64,000 bases of DNA from contig CM082576.2 in NCBI GenBank assembly GCA_040954595.2, forward strand, positions 12,217,129 through 12,281,128. Reading direction: 5' to 3'. The notes beneath the pieces are model-generated. The model was not told the DNA's origin, did no database searches, and worked only from the letters and a program-made list of their open reading frames with translations. Position 1 is the first letter of the stretch, and each line of letters starts with the position of its first letter. Position numbers and translations under genes: made by a program. Positions 25,047 to 38,985 of this stretch are shown here, in pieces. This DNA is from Balanoglossus misakiensis. Its lineage: Eukaryota > Animalia > Hemichordata.

Positions 25047-28000
25047 GTAATAACGTGGATTTGCACATATAAGGGAGCCGTCATTATTTTCGGCCGGGGG
25101 GGGGGTCGGTGGAATCAGAGAGAAGTCTCTCAAATAATGAAAAGCTGGAAGGGGGGGTCCTCAAAAAGTGGAGACAAAGGAGAGGGTTCACTCTTTTTTT
25201 TTTGGAAATGTATCAAAGTATTCAACTGAAATATTTGGTCGTATAGGGGTGCAGCGGGACTCCGCGACCAAAGGCAGCATAATATTCATACAAATGAATT
25301 CATTTTTGTTATTCGACTTTGAAGAAATATTGTCTACAGGTTCTTCCTAATGTGATTGCGTTATTTTTGTCACTCTAACGCAGCCTATCCCATTGGTTCT
25401 CGTAAAATTGCTTGGATTAGCTGTTCGAATTGGCCGCAGATGTGGTGCATACGCCATATAGACAGTGGGGGCTCCTTATAATTAAGCTCAACGGCGGCCT
25501 GCGTTCAAGAGAATACTGTCTATTTTAGCATGCTTTGGGGAGTAGAACAAGAACCAGAAAACAATACAGGGCGAAAAGGACCACAGTTACCACGTATATC
25601 CCTTCCAAGGTAAACGAACTTCAAACATAGTGCATCGGAACAAGCTGTATGCATGAAGATTTTGTTGGATCTGTACACGGTCACTGACACAACATGATGG
25701 TGGCCCCTGGCTCAGGCGATCTGGGAGGTTTTCACGTGACAGATCCATCAATAGGGTCATCCAGGTTGTCCTGGTTCTAGTATACCAGGGTAAACTGTGG
25801 CAAACGCTAAAAGAATTCTGTCGAAAGGGTCAATAACCCTCCGGTCATTCGCTGCTACAGGTCATTCACCCTTTGCACTTGTTCCCCACATGTTCTCCCA
25901 TTCGCTTGTCGTTCACTCGCATTCTGTCAATCGTCAACTCAGTACGTCCTGTTACTATATAAGTCATTTTCTTGAAGATATTTGTTTTGCTTTGTTTGCC
26001 TAATATTTCACCGAGGTGGGCCAATGCTGGGCGCGACGACAGCTACAGCCAGAGGCCTGAATTCGGATGACGTAATTAAGGTATGCACGTTCGCCTGATT
26101 GCAAAAATCCTTGAAAAAATCGAAATCGGCCTCGACAACCCATTGTCCACACTGGTGCGTATTTGTATCTTAAAAACCAACTAGGAGATTTCTGATCTTT
26201 TATCCATGATGGTAAACACACACCTCGAATAGTGGATACAGACTCGATGTTTTGGCAGGGGAATTAAACGTGGGGTCCGAAATGAAATGGTCATTCATGT
26301 GAGTTATTAAAGGGATTTTATTATGAAAACTTTCCCCACACACTTCACTTCCATACCCCATCGTCAAGGAAACTCCTTTAGTATTATCCTCGAAAGTCTA
26401 GGTCAAGCTCTGGAGTCGAATTCGTCATCTGAATGATGTTATGGCGTCTTCTTCGAAAATCACAAAACTTTTCGTTCATAAGCAAGGGCATAGACTGACT
26501 TATGATTAAGACCAACGATGAGATCTCAAAAAATGGCAAAATAGCTGATGACAGCCAGTCTAAATTGTCTTGAAAGATTTGCTTGTCTCAACGTTATTCA
26601 GTTGACGTCGAACTGCAAATGACTTGAAATCATGCAGAATGTGAAGTCGGACACTTTGCTAAATAGGCGAAGGTGTGTAATATCTTCCAAAAAACACGTT
26701 ACACAACAACTACGCGCCAAGATTATAAGCTTTAGTGGAGTTGCACGTCCGACTACAATAGTTTTTAAAATATTCAACCACCAACGGAGAGTAGCAGTTT
26801 TGTCGGGGATGTGAAAACGCGGGTGTATTAACGTAACCGGTGAATGCAGTCCCATAACAACATCCCGGATTCCAGGAGTTCCCGTGCCCCTCCCACCGCC
26901 GCGATTATGTTCACGTTTTGAAAGACACTCGCCAAACTCGCTCCCAGGGAAGTACTCCGACAGCAGTGGTCAAAACGCTTTTTTTGGGGGGGGGGGGGAA
27001 CACCAATTGAAAGTCACAAACGCTAACATCACATATTAAGCCTTCACAGTAGCCTATAACCACGCTGTACAAACCAAAAATCATTTTCGAACTGCAGGTT
27101 ATCTCAGAGCCGGTTCTCAGTCGTGAAGAGTTCTGGCATTTTTGTAAGCACCTCAGGACAGATCTAAATTGGACATCTAGAGGCCTGGACAGAATTAACA
27201 GGACATAAAACTGGTACATGAATAATAATGACATTCCCTCGGTTGGTTGCAATAAAAACAACCCCTTCTCCTCACATAAGTAATGTTTGATGATGCTATT
27301 TATGTCACGTAGTGTGATTAATATAAAATATGGAAATAAAGGTATACATGTATCTATACTTTGTTAAAGTCGGATATTGGTTTTGAACAGTTAGATGGTA
27401 CAGAGGATGCATTTGATAGCAGGAGTCGTCAAAACACCATTTCCTCGTATGTACATCCTGGTATGTTAGACCTTGCTTTGTGTATTCAAATCCCATTGCA
27501 TTGTTTTCATAGACAGTAAATATGTTCCATCCTCGCACAAAAACAAGCGACCCTCCCCTTGGTTCGCGCACGAAACGAAATGGCTCTCTTCAAACTCTTG
27601 CATGAAACACGGTAGCCCTTACTTGCACATGGGGCGCGATTACGCGTACAGCGCCTGAGTTTTCAATGAGCAAAACAGTATTTAATATCACACGAAACAA
27701 AACTGAACAATATCAAACTATATTTTGTAGCCAAACACCAAGTTCAGTGGTCGTTTTTGAATTTCAAGATGACTATCCCGCTTCCCTGAAGCCGAACGTT
27801 TGCGCCACGAAGATGATTGGTGGCAGCGCGTTTGCAATGTCGAGCAAAGACGTGTGGATAAAGGAAAGAATGAATCTGCCAGTGTTCGGCCGCCACACCA
27901 ACAAGCGGCCACAGCCCTCCGCACTTAGATCATTGAATAAAATAAGGCATTGAAACGCATTGTGACGGGCTTATTCATACTCAGGTGGACGTGTCGATGC

Positions 28001-31000
28001 GATGAGTCAAGAATATGTGCGGTTAATTTGCTTTTCATGGTGTTTTCGTGGAGTGCGCGCGGTAGGCGAGATGCACACGTGGACCGCAATATTGGCGAGA
28101 TGTCAGATTGACCACAGTCCTTCTATCACAGAGGGGCTGTGGCTTGTCACGTTGTTCGCAGGCGATCGCTTCAAGCATTGAGATTGAAATTCTAAATTGA
28201 GATTGTAAAATACAGTATTTCTTTGCCATTTTTTCAAACAGGGCGAGTTCCCATGACATAAATTCGGAGCCAAAATTCTCGCAAGCTGTCGACATCAAAT
28301 ACACCATACAAATTTCATTTCATTTCATTTCATTTGAACATGGCCTGGCATGATTATTATGGGTTTTCCGGAGACTTACGCAATATTAGTAGTCGTACGC
28401 TGCATTCTGCATGATACATTAAATGAGGCTGCTTGTGATATCAATATCATATGGACATAGGAAATGATTGTTCAAGTACAGTGACTGATAGAGAGAAAAG
28501 CATGGCCGGTATTTTTTCCGGGTCTTTCGGGATCGCGCGCCCTTTTTCGTGTTCGTTGAACCCGCCATCGGCTGTTTCTATGCCGAAATTCTTCGGCCGG
28601 TGATCACAACATAAGTCTAGTAGTTTGTTTACCCGGGGTGAGTTTCCCAGGGAGGTATCGGATTGTACAGTACTTAGCAAAATAGCCTATAGAGGCATAC
28701 TGTACCAATTTAGGCCACGCCCACGTTGCTTCGAGACTCACTCGGCTGAACACTGGACGTCAGCCAAAATGTGTTAGAAGCGCGATACGCCCTACATTCT
28801 GGGTGTGGGCATCTTTTGACAAAAAAATTCGAGTAGTAGATCAGTACTCTACTTAGGTACAAAGCCGGGGGAAAAGCTCACAGACCGACTTGGCCGATAC
28901 AAGTGTTTTATGTTCGAATCATCGTTCTATGAATTTCGTTTATGGAATGAATTTCGGGTTTTCCTGACGTGGGAAGGGATGGACGCTCGCTCAGTGATTT
29001 GAAAAGTATATCTCAAATGCATCGCCTACTCATTCATTGCACGTTGTGTAGGCCGGTCCCATTCCAGTGTGACAGTCACCTGACTTTCCCCCAAGCTGAA
29101 TAAATGTCGTTCCGTCCTTGAGAATGACTTTGGCCTGAAAATTGGTCAGTGGGACAAGGTGACCTGTACTTAGTGTTTGTTTTGTTTTTACCTTTGAAAA
29201 CTTTTGCTGTGACGGACGATCAATTCTCCTCTTTCCGTGGGAACGTTTCTTTGGAGAGGGTTTTGTAAGACCAACCGCGAAAAGTGGAACGCGGTTTCCC
29301 ACAATCCCAACGCTCAAAACCGTTGTGAGTAGTTTAGACTGTTGTTGTGAAAGGGGGCCAGCCTAACCCGGTCTGGTCAGATATCTTTGTACAGAAAGCG
29401 TTCATATCTGTGGCCCACGGGGAACGTGCTTTTGACATGCGGTGGTAATGTTATGGAAACCTACCGCCACACCTATGCATTACGTACATACATGTGAATA
29501 CATTCGTAAGTTCTCCGTCAGTGCCTGGGGCGACTCTCTGTATACCACGTGGTGAGTTTACGCTTCGTAACTGTCTTGAGATTGAGTCGGGCGAGATAGT
29601 TTTTTACGTGAAATGCAATCTTTTCGCCAGACGTTTAAACCAAAAGTAACATAAGACGGACAAGTCACGTGACTGCTCCGGGGGAGCAACGAAATCTCGT
29701 CTTTGAGGTACATGTCAGTCACGTGTATGCAGTGCGGTGAGTCAAAGATTCCGAAAAAAATCATCAGGATTTCGACTTTTATGAATCACCAGTCAACTTT
29801 TTTATCCAGTCAATCAGATCATATGGGTACCATCTGGTAGTTCTTTTGCCACGTGCGGTCTCAACCGCTTTCCTTTACATCGCGATCTGGACATCGTTGT
29901 TCGGCTGAGCGATCATACTACTATTTTGCATTTTTCAGGGCGCACAGTATCCAGACCACGCGGTGTTTTCAGGTAAAAAAAAAAGTCGCGACTTAAGATC
30001 TGATGACACAATGAGAAGTTTCGTGGAAGTGTTACCTAACGTCCCTAAAATAGATCGATACAGCGCTGTCCATTGTCACGTTTTCTTTACAGTGAAAAAA
30101 GAAAATACATTAAAGGATTTATTAACAGGGTTTTAATGATGTCTCTTAAAGTTCAATGAACGCAGATACACTCACCTCTCGAGTGTCACAATTTACATAA
30201 GACAAAACAAGGGTTACCACCAGGTCTCGAGTCATAAACAATTTCCATTACAAGAGAGTGGGGAGAATAAAATGTTCCCACCACGATCAGACAGATAAAT
30301 GTTTTTCAAATATGTTTGTTTATTTATCACAGACTGCGAAATAAAGCCAGATACTGTAGGCTGTAATATTGAGGGACGATAGGTGGAAATGTGGTCGGTA
30401 TTCGTGTACCAGAAATTCTCATTAAACTTTGCACACTGGGGTGTGCTGTGAATTCTTTTAGCCAAAAGCCCTTTAGAAACCCTTGTGCAAGGGCAAGGTT
30501 ACATCATTGAATTTCCCGCTTTCTCCTATAGACTTGGATGAAATTTGTAAAATGTGTAAACAAAGCCACACACGGCATTTTGTCGTGGGTTTCTCTCATG
30601 ATGCTTGTTGTGCGTGAGACAAATTCGTTTACATGTACTACTATGCAATGGGTCACAAAACTCTGCGCTACTGCGCAGACTCAGACTCGGTTAAAGCATG
30701 GAAACTTTCTCGAGTATCTACGTGCTTATAGTTGGCGGGGAACAAGTCGTTTGCAACAACGTCCCACGTTCCTTTTATTTCATGCATAACTATTAGAATT
30801 TAGTGAGCGCGCAACTTCATATACTAGAAGTTCATGGAAAACTCGCCGGTCATGAGGCATGGGCCTGAAACTGAACGCTATGTAGTCAATCACTTCTGGT
30901 CTTTTGGGTACAGACAAAAAATTGTCTTTGTCTGTTATCCGGGGCGCATGCATCTGTATCGCGTTCACACCACGCCATTGAACTAACACAAATACTCGAT

Positions 31001-33835
31001 GAAACGTCTTAATTTTATCACAAGTTTAGCTCTGATGTTACTCATGTCCTGAGCTGTCGATTTTTTTTGATAAAAACTGCAAGAATTTGAGCGCAGTCTG
31101 CACTTGCATGGTCTTGCAATGAAAGGGGGGAAGTTGCCAGCTTCTCATCCAGATTGTATTTCATTCGTTGCAATGTAAAGTTAACGTGCACGACAAGTTC
31201 ACAAGTGTCCATTATGTTGCCAGGCTTTGCCAACTCCTTGTACATCTTCTCACGGCCATTGAAATTTCTTGCACGCAAAACAAGAAAAGGCGATTCAAGC
31301 CGAATCACTGGGGAGCCTTGGTGAGCATTCGCACGACCAGAGCCTAGCCCCGACGCAAGGTCGTTTGAAACACCTGAGAATCGTGCCTAAACCGAAGATC
31401 CCTCGTTTCTATTGACCTTGTGGTTATCATTGCATTGTGAATTCAACCGAAAGAGCGCGGCGGGGAAGCCGTGTTTACAAGGGTTGTGTGGTTGGAACGT
31501 GTAAATCGTGATGAGGCAAAGCCAGAATGATAATGACAGAACAGCGGGAAGACTATGTAACAAATCAACGTGCATGTACTTTTTTCTAGAATGGTAGCAT
31601 TTACATTGAAAGTTCCTTAAGCCTCTACAGGTGAACTTATATATTTGCAATATTGTAAAGATTGAAAAATTCCACGCTTGGAGGTGGGCTGCAATTGAAG
31701 CCCGCCGCCCATGTGTTGCCGTCTATTGTCGGGTCTAGAATTTGTAACATGTATCTGCATGGACACGCGAAGAAGAATAAATCTGATTCCAAAACGTCGA
31801 TCAAAACAGGATTAGAACGACATCCCCCACCAATTCTCAGACGTGACTTTGCATTCTGATTCTAACAAAACTTGTCGGGGAGGGTTATATACAATCATGC
31901 GAGATCACATATACATTATCATAGAACCTTGAGCAATACATTTCGAATGCGCTGAGAAATAGGAATGTGTTTACGTAAAGTAAAGTTTCCATGTCCACGA
32001 CTTTGCTGATGTCTACACATGTGTCGTGAGAGTTTCTTTTCGCCGGGGTCTGTCGGAGCACGCGGGGACGGCTGACCGCTTTCGTTTTTTTCATCCACAG
32101 CAGGGTAAGAGCGTTCGGCCGGAAAATGCAATTGTTTGAAGGGGGGTCATGACAAGCTTCACTAGATGATATTTTACTAAATACCAAAATAAATATTCTC
32201 TGAGAGGAAGAAATATCGTTCCAGTATATCTGTAACATTTTTTTCTTACTAAGCACAGGGTTTTAATTTAATGCATGCATATTCTCTTATTGGCATCTTT
32301 TGGAGTCGGTGGTCGAGTCGACCACGTGACGAACTGAGAAGATCATCGCGCTGTGATTATTGACTGCAGGTTGTCATTGCAAAGGAATTCAGTCGAAAGC
32401 GGCTTAATAACACAGCGCAATGCAGTAGTCGGTTTGTTTTTCTGCCTACCTAACCCCGTTGCGTGCATCACCGAGAGATTATAATCGTATTTTCACCGGC
32501 TGTTTACTCACGGTATCTGACGTGTCCTTGAAGACGCTCTACCCTGGATGCAGCTCTGGACAGGTGACTCGTACCGTGACCTTGCAGAATGGAGTGGGGT
32601 TTTTTTGTTCGTCGTCCCATGTATTCTCTTTCGAGAAAAAAAGAATCCTTGTTTTTTTTCTTTAAGACAAGGGACGCCATCCATTGCATCACGCGATGTG
32701 TTTTCTGTTTTTAAAAAAAGGCAAAACAACAAGAAAACAGGATTTCGGCAGTGTGGGAGAATTTTCGCACAATGCACAATGACAAGCGGTTTGCAGTTCA
32801 ACAAAGGGGGAAAACGTGACCATGAGTTGGTTCAAAGTCGGTGCGGCCCGTTCGACCACTTTCTCGGTGTAATTTTGTGACACGCAAGTTTGCAAAATTC
32901 CAGGGTTACATACAATTTCTGTTGCACAGGCGACACTCCCAACCTTTGCAAAATTATTCAAACCAGTTCAGTGTAAAATAAGCACTGATTTTGAATTATA
33001 TGACTGTCTTGGCCGTTTGCGTCACATTATAAATGGGGCTACATATGAGGAAGACTCGCACGTCTGGCCTGCATGCTTACCAACGCAACGGTGTACAAAG
33101 TACGTCTGTCGGAGCGTGCAGGAAAACGGGGTGATTGGTCATCGCTCTAGTTAATTAATAGCTGAACGAATCGTGCTACATCCCCGCTTCCAATCAAACA
33201 GCGGCAGCGGTTGCAGACAGCGCATGACGGGATTTACGACGACCGCGACCGGTCTTTAGTCTTGTTGCGCGCCTCCCGTAACCACATCTCGGTCACTAAT
33301 CTACTTTTGTAATCTGGCACATGCGTTAAGCTGTCTTATAATTTATGTTGATTTTAAGGTAATAAAATGACGCTAGACAATACCTTGACAGGGTTCCATA
33401 AACGCATATACAGTTAAAGCGAGTTGTCAACGATATAAGCAATCTTACTCGCGGAGGTACATAGTTTATCGTTTGATATTTATTCATGAAAACGTGGGGT
33501 TTGCGATACTCGTGTTTCTTACGAGTCCGTGCGCATGCGTGATTCTTTAGTATCATTTTTGAGTGACCATTCGGCAGATAATGTACACGCACAATTAAAT
33601 TTTATACTCGGTTAGGTTTCATATAGGAGAGATGCCCTCTCCTGATTTTATATAAGAACTTATTACCGAGATCCAGAATAAAGTCCGAATTCATACTTGA
33701 TATGTCGAGTTCTCGTCTTCATGTTCCAAAACGATGGACGCGCGTACGACCCGTGGTATTTCCCCATTAAAGGGGCAAGTACAGCGCCCAGAGCACATAC
33801 TTAGGCATTTATCTGTAACCAATAGATGTTCATTA

Positions 33836-34237
33836 TACTACCGTTGTCATTTAAGCACCCTGAAACACTGATAAGAACTCCAATATAATTAGCCAGAGTA
33901 AACTGAGATTTTTATGCTGAAGTCCGCATATGGTTACATTTGCAATGATCATTATAACTGATTACATAGCTCTGTATCAACATGTACCACAGGGGGCATC
34001 CTGCTTCAAAACTGACACTGTGTAAAATCTCTTTACAAATGTGTACACATGTGTTTTAGACATGTTCGAAGCAGGACACCCCCAGAGTGTGTTGATACAG
34101 AACTGCTCTAATCAGTTCTAATGATCAAAACGAACGTAACCAGATGCCGACTTCAGCGTAGCAATCTCAGTTTACTCTGGCTAATTATATTGGAGTTCTT
34201 ATCAGTGTTTCGGGGTGCTTAAATGACAACGGTAGTA
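33836..34237. mobile_element. ~400-bp foldback (long inverted repeat) MITE-like element
   Basis: Left arm TACTACCGTTGTCATTTAAGCACCC...AGCCAGAGTAAACTGAGATT... is the reverse complement of the right arm ...AATCTCAGTTTACTCTGGCT...GGGTGCTTAAATGACAACGGTAGTA. Pairing continues inward to about 34010/34065. Confidence 0.8.
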
Positions 34238-34357
34238 AAAAGATGATTGGGTGCACTGTCCGCTTCTACTTGTGGCGCAGAAATTACTCCGACCATTGAC
34301 ACAGTGGAGGGGAACTTTACCCCCGACAGCGCATGCTCGGACGGACAGTGGTATTAC

Positions 34358-34392
34358 CATCATCATCATCATCGTCGTCGTCGTCGTCGTCG

Positions 34393-34488
<96 letters not shown>

Positions 34489-34520
34489 ACATTCAACATT
34501 CAACATTCAACATTCAACAT
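34358..34520. repeat. Compound microsatellite (CAT)n/(CGT)n followed by (CAACATT)x5
   Basis: Direct reading. It is the source of the poly-M/H/I/D/S ORFs in the track. Confidence 0.97.
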
Positions 34521-37500
34521 AGAGTCTGTCATTCACAACCAGACAAAAACGTACAAGTATGCCTAATATAAATCAGGCTTACTAGTTTTAGAATCTTCTG
34601 AGGCGGACATTAAGCTGCAGGACAACTATAGGCCTACTCCCGCTCAAATTTACTAAATATTATTTTGCTATTTTGAAAAATCTGGATATTTTTCATTACT
34701 GGGGATAGAGAACGTGATAACTTTATCGCGATGACGTATTGCACACTCGTCACGGTCTAATTCCGGGAGCGCGAAGAAGTGCTTCGTCATCGGTCTGGTG
34801 AAGTGCCATACTATTGCGACGTTTGTCGCTTTGTCGTCTTGTTTACTCTCAAGGTTTTCGGCGGGAATGTTGTCACACCGTGCGATTTGTGGGAATGTGT
34901 TCTGTAATTGCGTGACGTCACCAAACGGGGTTGTATGCGTCTACAGCCTTGAGACTCTACGGAACCCTTCAAAATCACGCGGTTTCTCACGTCATTACTT
35001 CAGCACTTCCAAATAACATACAGTTATGACGTGCAAACAATGTGTGTCTAATTGAACATTTTGTGCTGTGATGCATTTTGTTTACACCACACGTGGACTT
35101 GAACATATTTTAATAAGCTTTAATTCTGCTATTATATAGGAAGGGAATTGTGGGCGCAGTGATTACTTGACCAAACGCCACGCTCCCCCGTAGGGTGTGT
35201 GGTTCCAGTATTCCCTAAATTTCAATGTCAGTCTGACCTCTGGGAGTCTGGGTATGACAGGCAAAAAAATTACACGTGGTGGAAATTACACGCACCTTCT
35301 GAAAATGATTTCTAAAAGGAAATATTTCTCTAAAACAGGGGCATGTAACCCTATGTCTCCAAGTTCAGTACAGGTCTTGCGTGAGTATTTTCAAATAATG
35401 TTCCTGATAATAAACCGCAAGAGCAAAAGTGTTAATTGAATTATTTGCCAGTGAGTGTGATTACATGACTTTCGGAATCATACTACGCGCAGGAATATGG
35501 TAAAATACCTGAGTGCAACGACCACAGCTATGCGTTATTTAGTCGTAAATCGGCCGCTAACCATTCTCGACAAATTATAAGTTCAAATGGTTATCCTCGT
35601 TCGCATTGAAAACGCTATTAGAGCACCGATTTTTACTTGTTTTCCATTTCATTCTATGCGTACTGCAGGCATGACGCCACCACGGTTATTTTTGGATTCT
35701 TTTGTCTTTATGCTCAATGCAAGTGTCGGCCCGCACAACCGTCTTGGACGCTTATTAGACATGCAACGTCACATTGTCGTTGTAATTGGTTATTGTCTGA
35801 CAGAGAACATTGTGCTTCTTTTCTGTCTTTCTCTATTTTTAACAAAAATTTTCTTGACAGCCCCAATAATTTACATAAAATTTGGCGATCTTGAGAATTG
35901 GCGAAGACTCCGAGACGCCGAGACCACTGAGTTGCCCTCACAATAAATTCGTGAAGTCGTTTTGTTGGAAATATGCGTCGCATATCGTCCTTCACTTTAC
36001 ATTGTACGCAACAAGTATTTAACTATATATTATCCTGCGAAATCGGTTGAAACTGGTTTGATTTACAGGGGGTTTGATAACCTGTCACATGCGCGTGACT
36101 CAGGAGGGCCTATAAATAACCACCCAGACAGACCAGTGAAAACCAGTGAGATTTGCACTTTTAGGTTCAAGCTCTGCCCAAATATGTCAATGAGCACGGT
36201 CACTCGGGGAGTGACCGTATTATGAGAATGCCAAGACGTTAGAAATAGGTTAGATGGAAAATGCTCAATACCGCGCTTGAACTACATGTACTTGGCAAGG
36301 TGGCACGGGAAAACCACTCAGCATAGTACAGGAGAACGTTCTACGGTGCTGTCTGTGTATTCCGGTAGCACAGACGCCGTGTACGCTGGAAGGTCTCGCC
36401 CTGGTCTCGCTTTACTAAAGGCTATATACTCAGTGTGATTTAGAGAGTTGGAGTAACACTGACTATATAGCCTACAGTGAGCGAGACTATCAAACACAGA
36501 TGTGCCTGTGTGTATGCGATAGCCTTTTGTTCGAAAATATGCACGTTTTTGGTGTCAAGTGGACCGGCCGCACCACGGTCGTCGACACCACATTTGAATA
36601 CCCATGGCGCCCCCATACAGCATACTCATGAATCAAGGGCATCGGAACTTGGCAATGACTTTTAGCTGCTCACATCTGGTTTACTATGCACTCTGACATA
36701 TCAATCAGCGACGGCGCGCTCGGTCTGCAATGAGAATACTTGCACCACAAATGTGTGCCCTCTATGGCCGTCTTTTGAAATTATATGCTGCGGTGCCCAT
36801 CCACCCGCTTATGATGTCTTGTTTGGTTATTTACTACGTTGACCACAAATTATGTAGTCGAACGCATAGTTCGGCAGTAATGTTGTAAATCATAGGATGA
36901 AAGCCGTTTCCCTACAGCCATCTTGGTCCAGTAGATTGTAAAAATCTTTAACCAGGGTGTATAGGCTAATGGAGGGCCGGTTTGTCACTATTGGTGGTAA
37001 TTTGACTTAAAACTTTCAATGAAAAGAATAAAATTTTCCATCACAAGATGACACACATAGACGATACAAACAGTTTGGACAGAGTTACAATAAAATTTGA
37101 CAGATAAATATTCCGGGGATCGAGATCTTATGAATAATGCATTTGTATACCCGCAGCTGAACCAGTCAAAGGTTTTCGGACAATTTGAAATGACAACAGT
37201 TTTCCAACACCGACATCACGGGGAAACTATGCGGGTGCATCATGAAATGCAGTCTTCGACAAGAGGAGGACAAATTGAGATACTACAACACAACCCGTTC
37301 CACGTTTGGGATACTCGCTGTTTCCGTGTAATCCTTCGACTTGAAAGGTGAAGTTCAGCGCTAGTCTGTGCTGTCATTTTAGAACAGAAGACTTTGCTGT
37401 ACACTTGAAGATACCTTTCAGGTTTGTATTGTCATCACATACTTTAGGGGGGGGGGAATATCAAGATGTCACTCCGCCGCCCATTAGCAACGGACCCTTT

Positions 37501-38985
37501 CGGCCTAATACTAATCGATCGCCACCCATGAAAAACTCCAATGTCGAAGTCAAAGTCGTTCGGTGCGATTTAGTTTTTATTTGTTCTTGCGTTAAGTTGA
37601 TTCAGTGTCGCTATGTTGCTCGAAAATGTTGGCTGAATTGGCCATCGGAGCTCTAAACCTACAAAGGATAGGACGACACTGAGTATCATAATTTTTGACA
37701 GCAGATACAACTGTTCGACAAAATTTCTCACAATTACATGTACTGTCAAAAATACAATATGTGTAGAAGCAAGGCCTCAGATTTTCACATCTTGCTAGGT
37801 ACCCATATGTTGGACTGAACTATAGGTCATTGACGATCAAATGTCTTGCTGGTTGACTCACCTTGAAACAAATGAAGTTATTTACTTATATAATGTTTCT
37901 ACATACGAAAATTTACTATATAAAGATAAAACCATGTAGTTTTAGGGCCATAAAACCTATGCCATCGTTATCACTGTGGGAAACTAGAGCAGCAAAAATA
38001 CAAAAATATTCGCCAAAAAGTCACAGTTAGAATCTCAATGTGCTAATTCGCATGGCATGAATCGACTTGAGATTTTGTAAATTATCTATAAGGTGCACAT
38101 CAGAATGTACCCGACGGACACAGCGCATTTGCGAGAGAGAGAGAGACAGAGAGAGAAAAAAACTTATCAAGAATTGATGAGTTAGTTATAGTCCCAGTGT
38201 TAAGAAATGTGCGGTCTAGCGTTCGTAAGTTATGCGTGTTATCAAATGGACATAAATTAAACAAGTGTTGAATAATGTAAGACGTTTACCCTAATTGGCG
38301 AGAGGCTCATATAATGTAGAAGGGAGTGATATACGTGTAATTTCATTATTTTGTAAACTCACTGAAATGTGTTGTCAACCGGGCTGATAACACATGTATC
38401 TTGGGAATCATGAAAAAGGGCAAACGACACGGAGAAATTCAATTCTGATCCCTAAGATATTATAAAGGTGGATTCCTAACCAGCCACGCCACGTGTGGAG
38501 ATAAATTTTAGATGGAACAACAACATCAGGTCATATTATCGAGGTTACGATTGTCCCTCGAGATTTACCTGTGGACGTGTAAAGATTTCGAACGCGCCGA
38601 GCTCTTCCCTGTCTTTCTGATATCACCCGGTAATTGAGTCCATTCTGGTGGGATGCGGGCACGATTGAACTAGCTGCACACCCAGGCTCACACGTTACGT
38701 ATAACGATGGCTAGCTGCATAATTAGTCTGACGTGTTTATAGCGCACATTCAAGTCGGCCACTATCGCTCGCGTGTGACAACTGACTACGCATCCTCGTG
38801 TGCTAATTACCATGCAAATTAACCCGTCTCTGTCTTTTTCATTACAACGTGCTAATTGTTGAATCATCGCTCTTCAATTGCGTCATGACAGGGATCTGTT
38901 AATAAGTTTATGCCGGTACTATAAGTGCGGGCAGCTCCAGTTTGAGAGGAAGAACACACGCGGAAGACACATAGCCGTCGGAGTA

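Noticed and set aside
25068-25480. Possible MITE with TATAAGG(G)AGCC termini
   Set aside because: The inverted match is short and imperfect and cannot be supported without genome-wide copies.
34202-34571. Poly-Met/His/Ile/Asp/Ser ORFs
   Set aside because: They are translations of a (CAT)n microsatellite.
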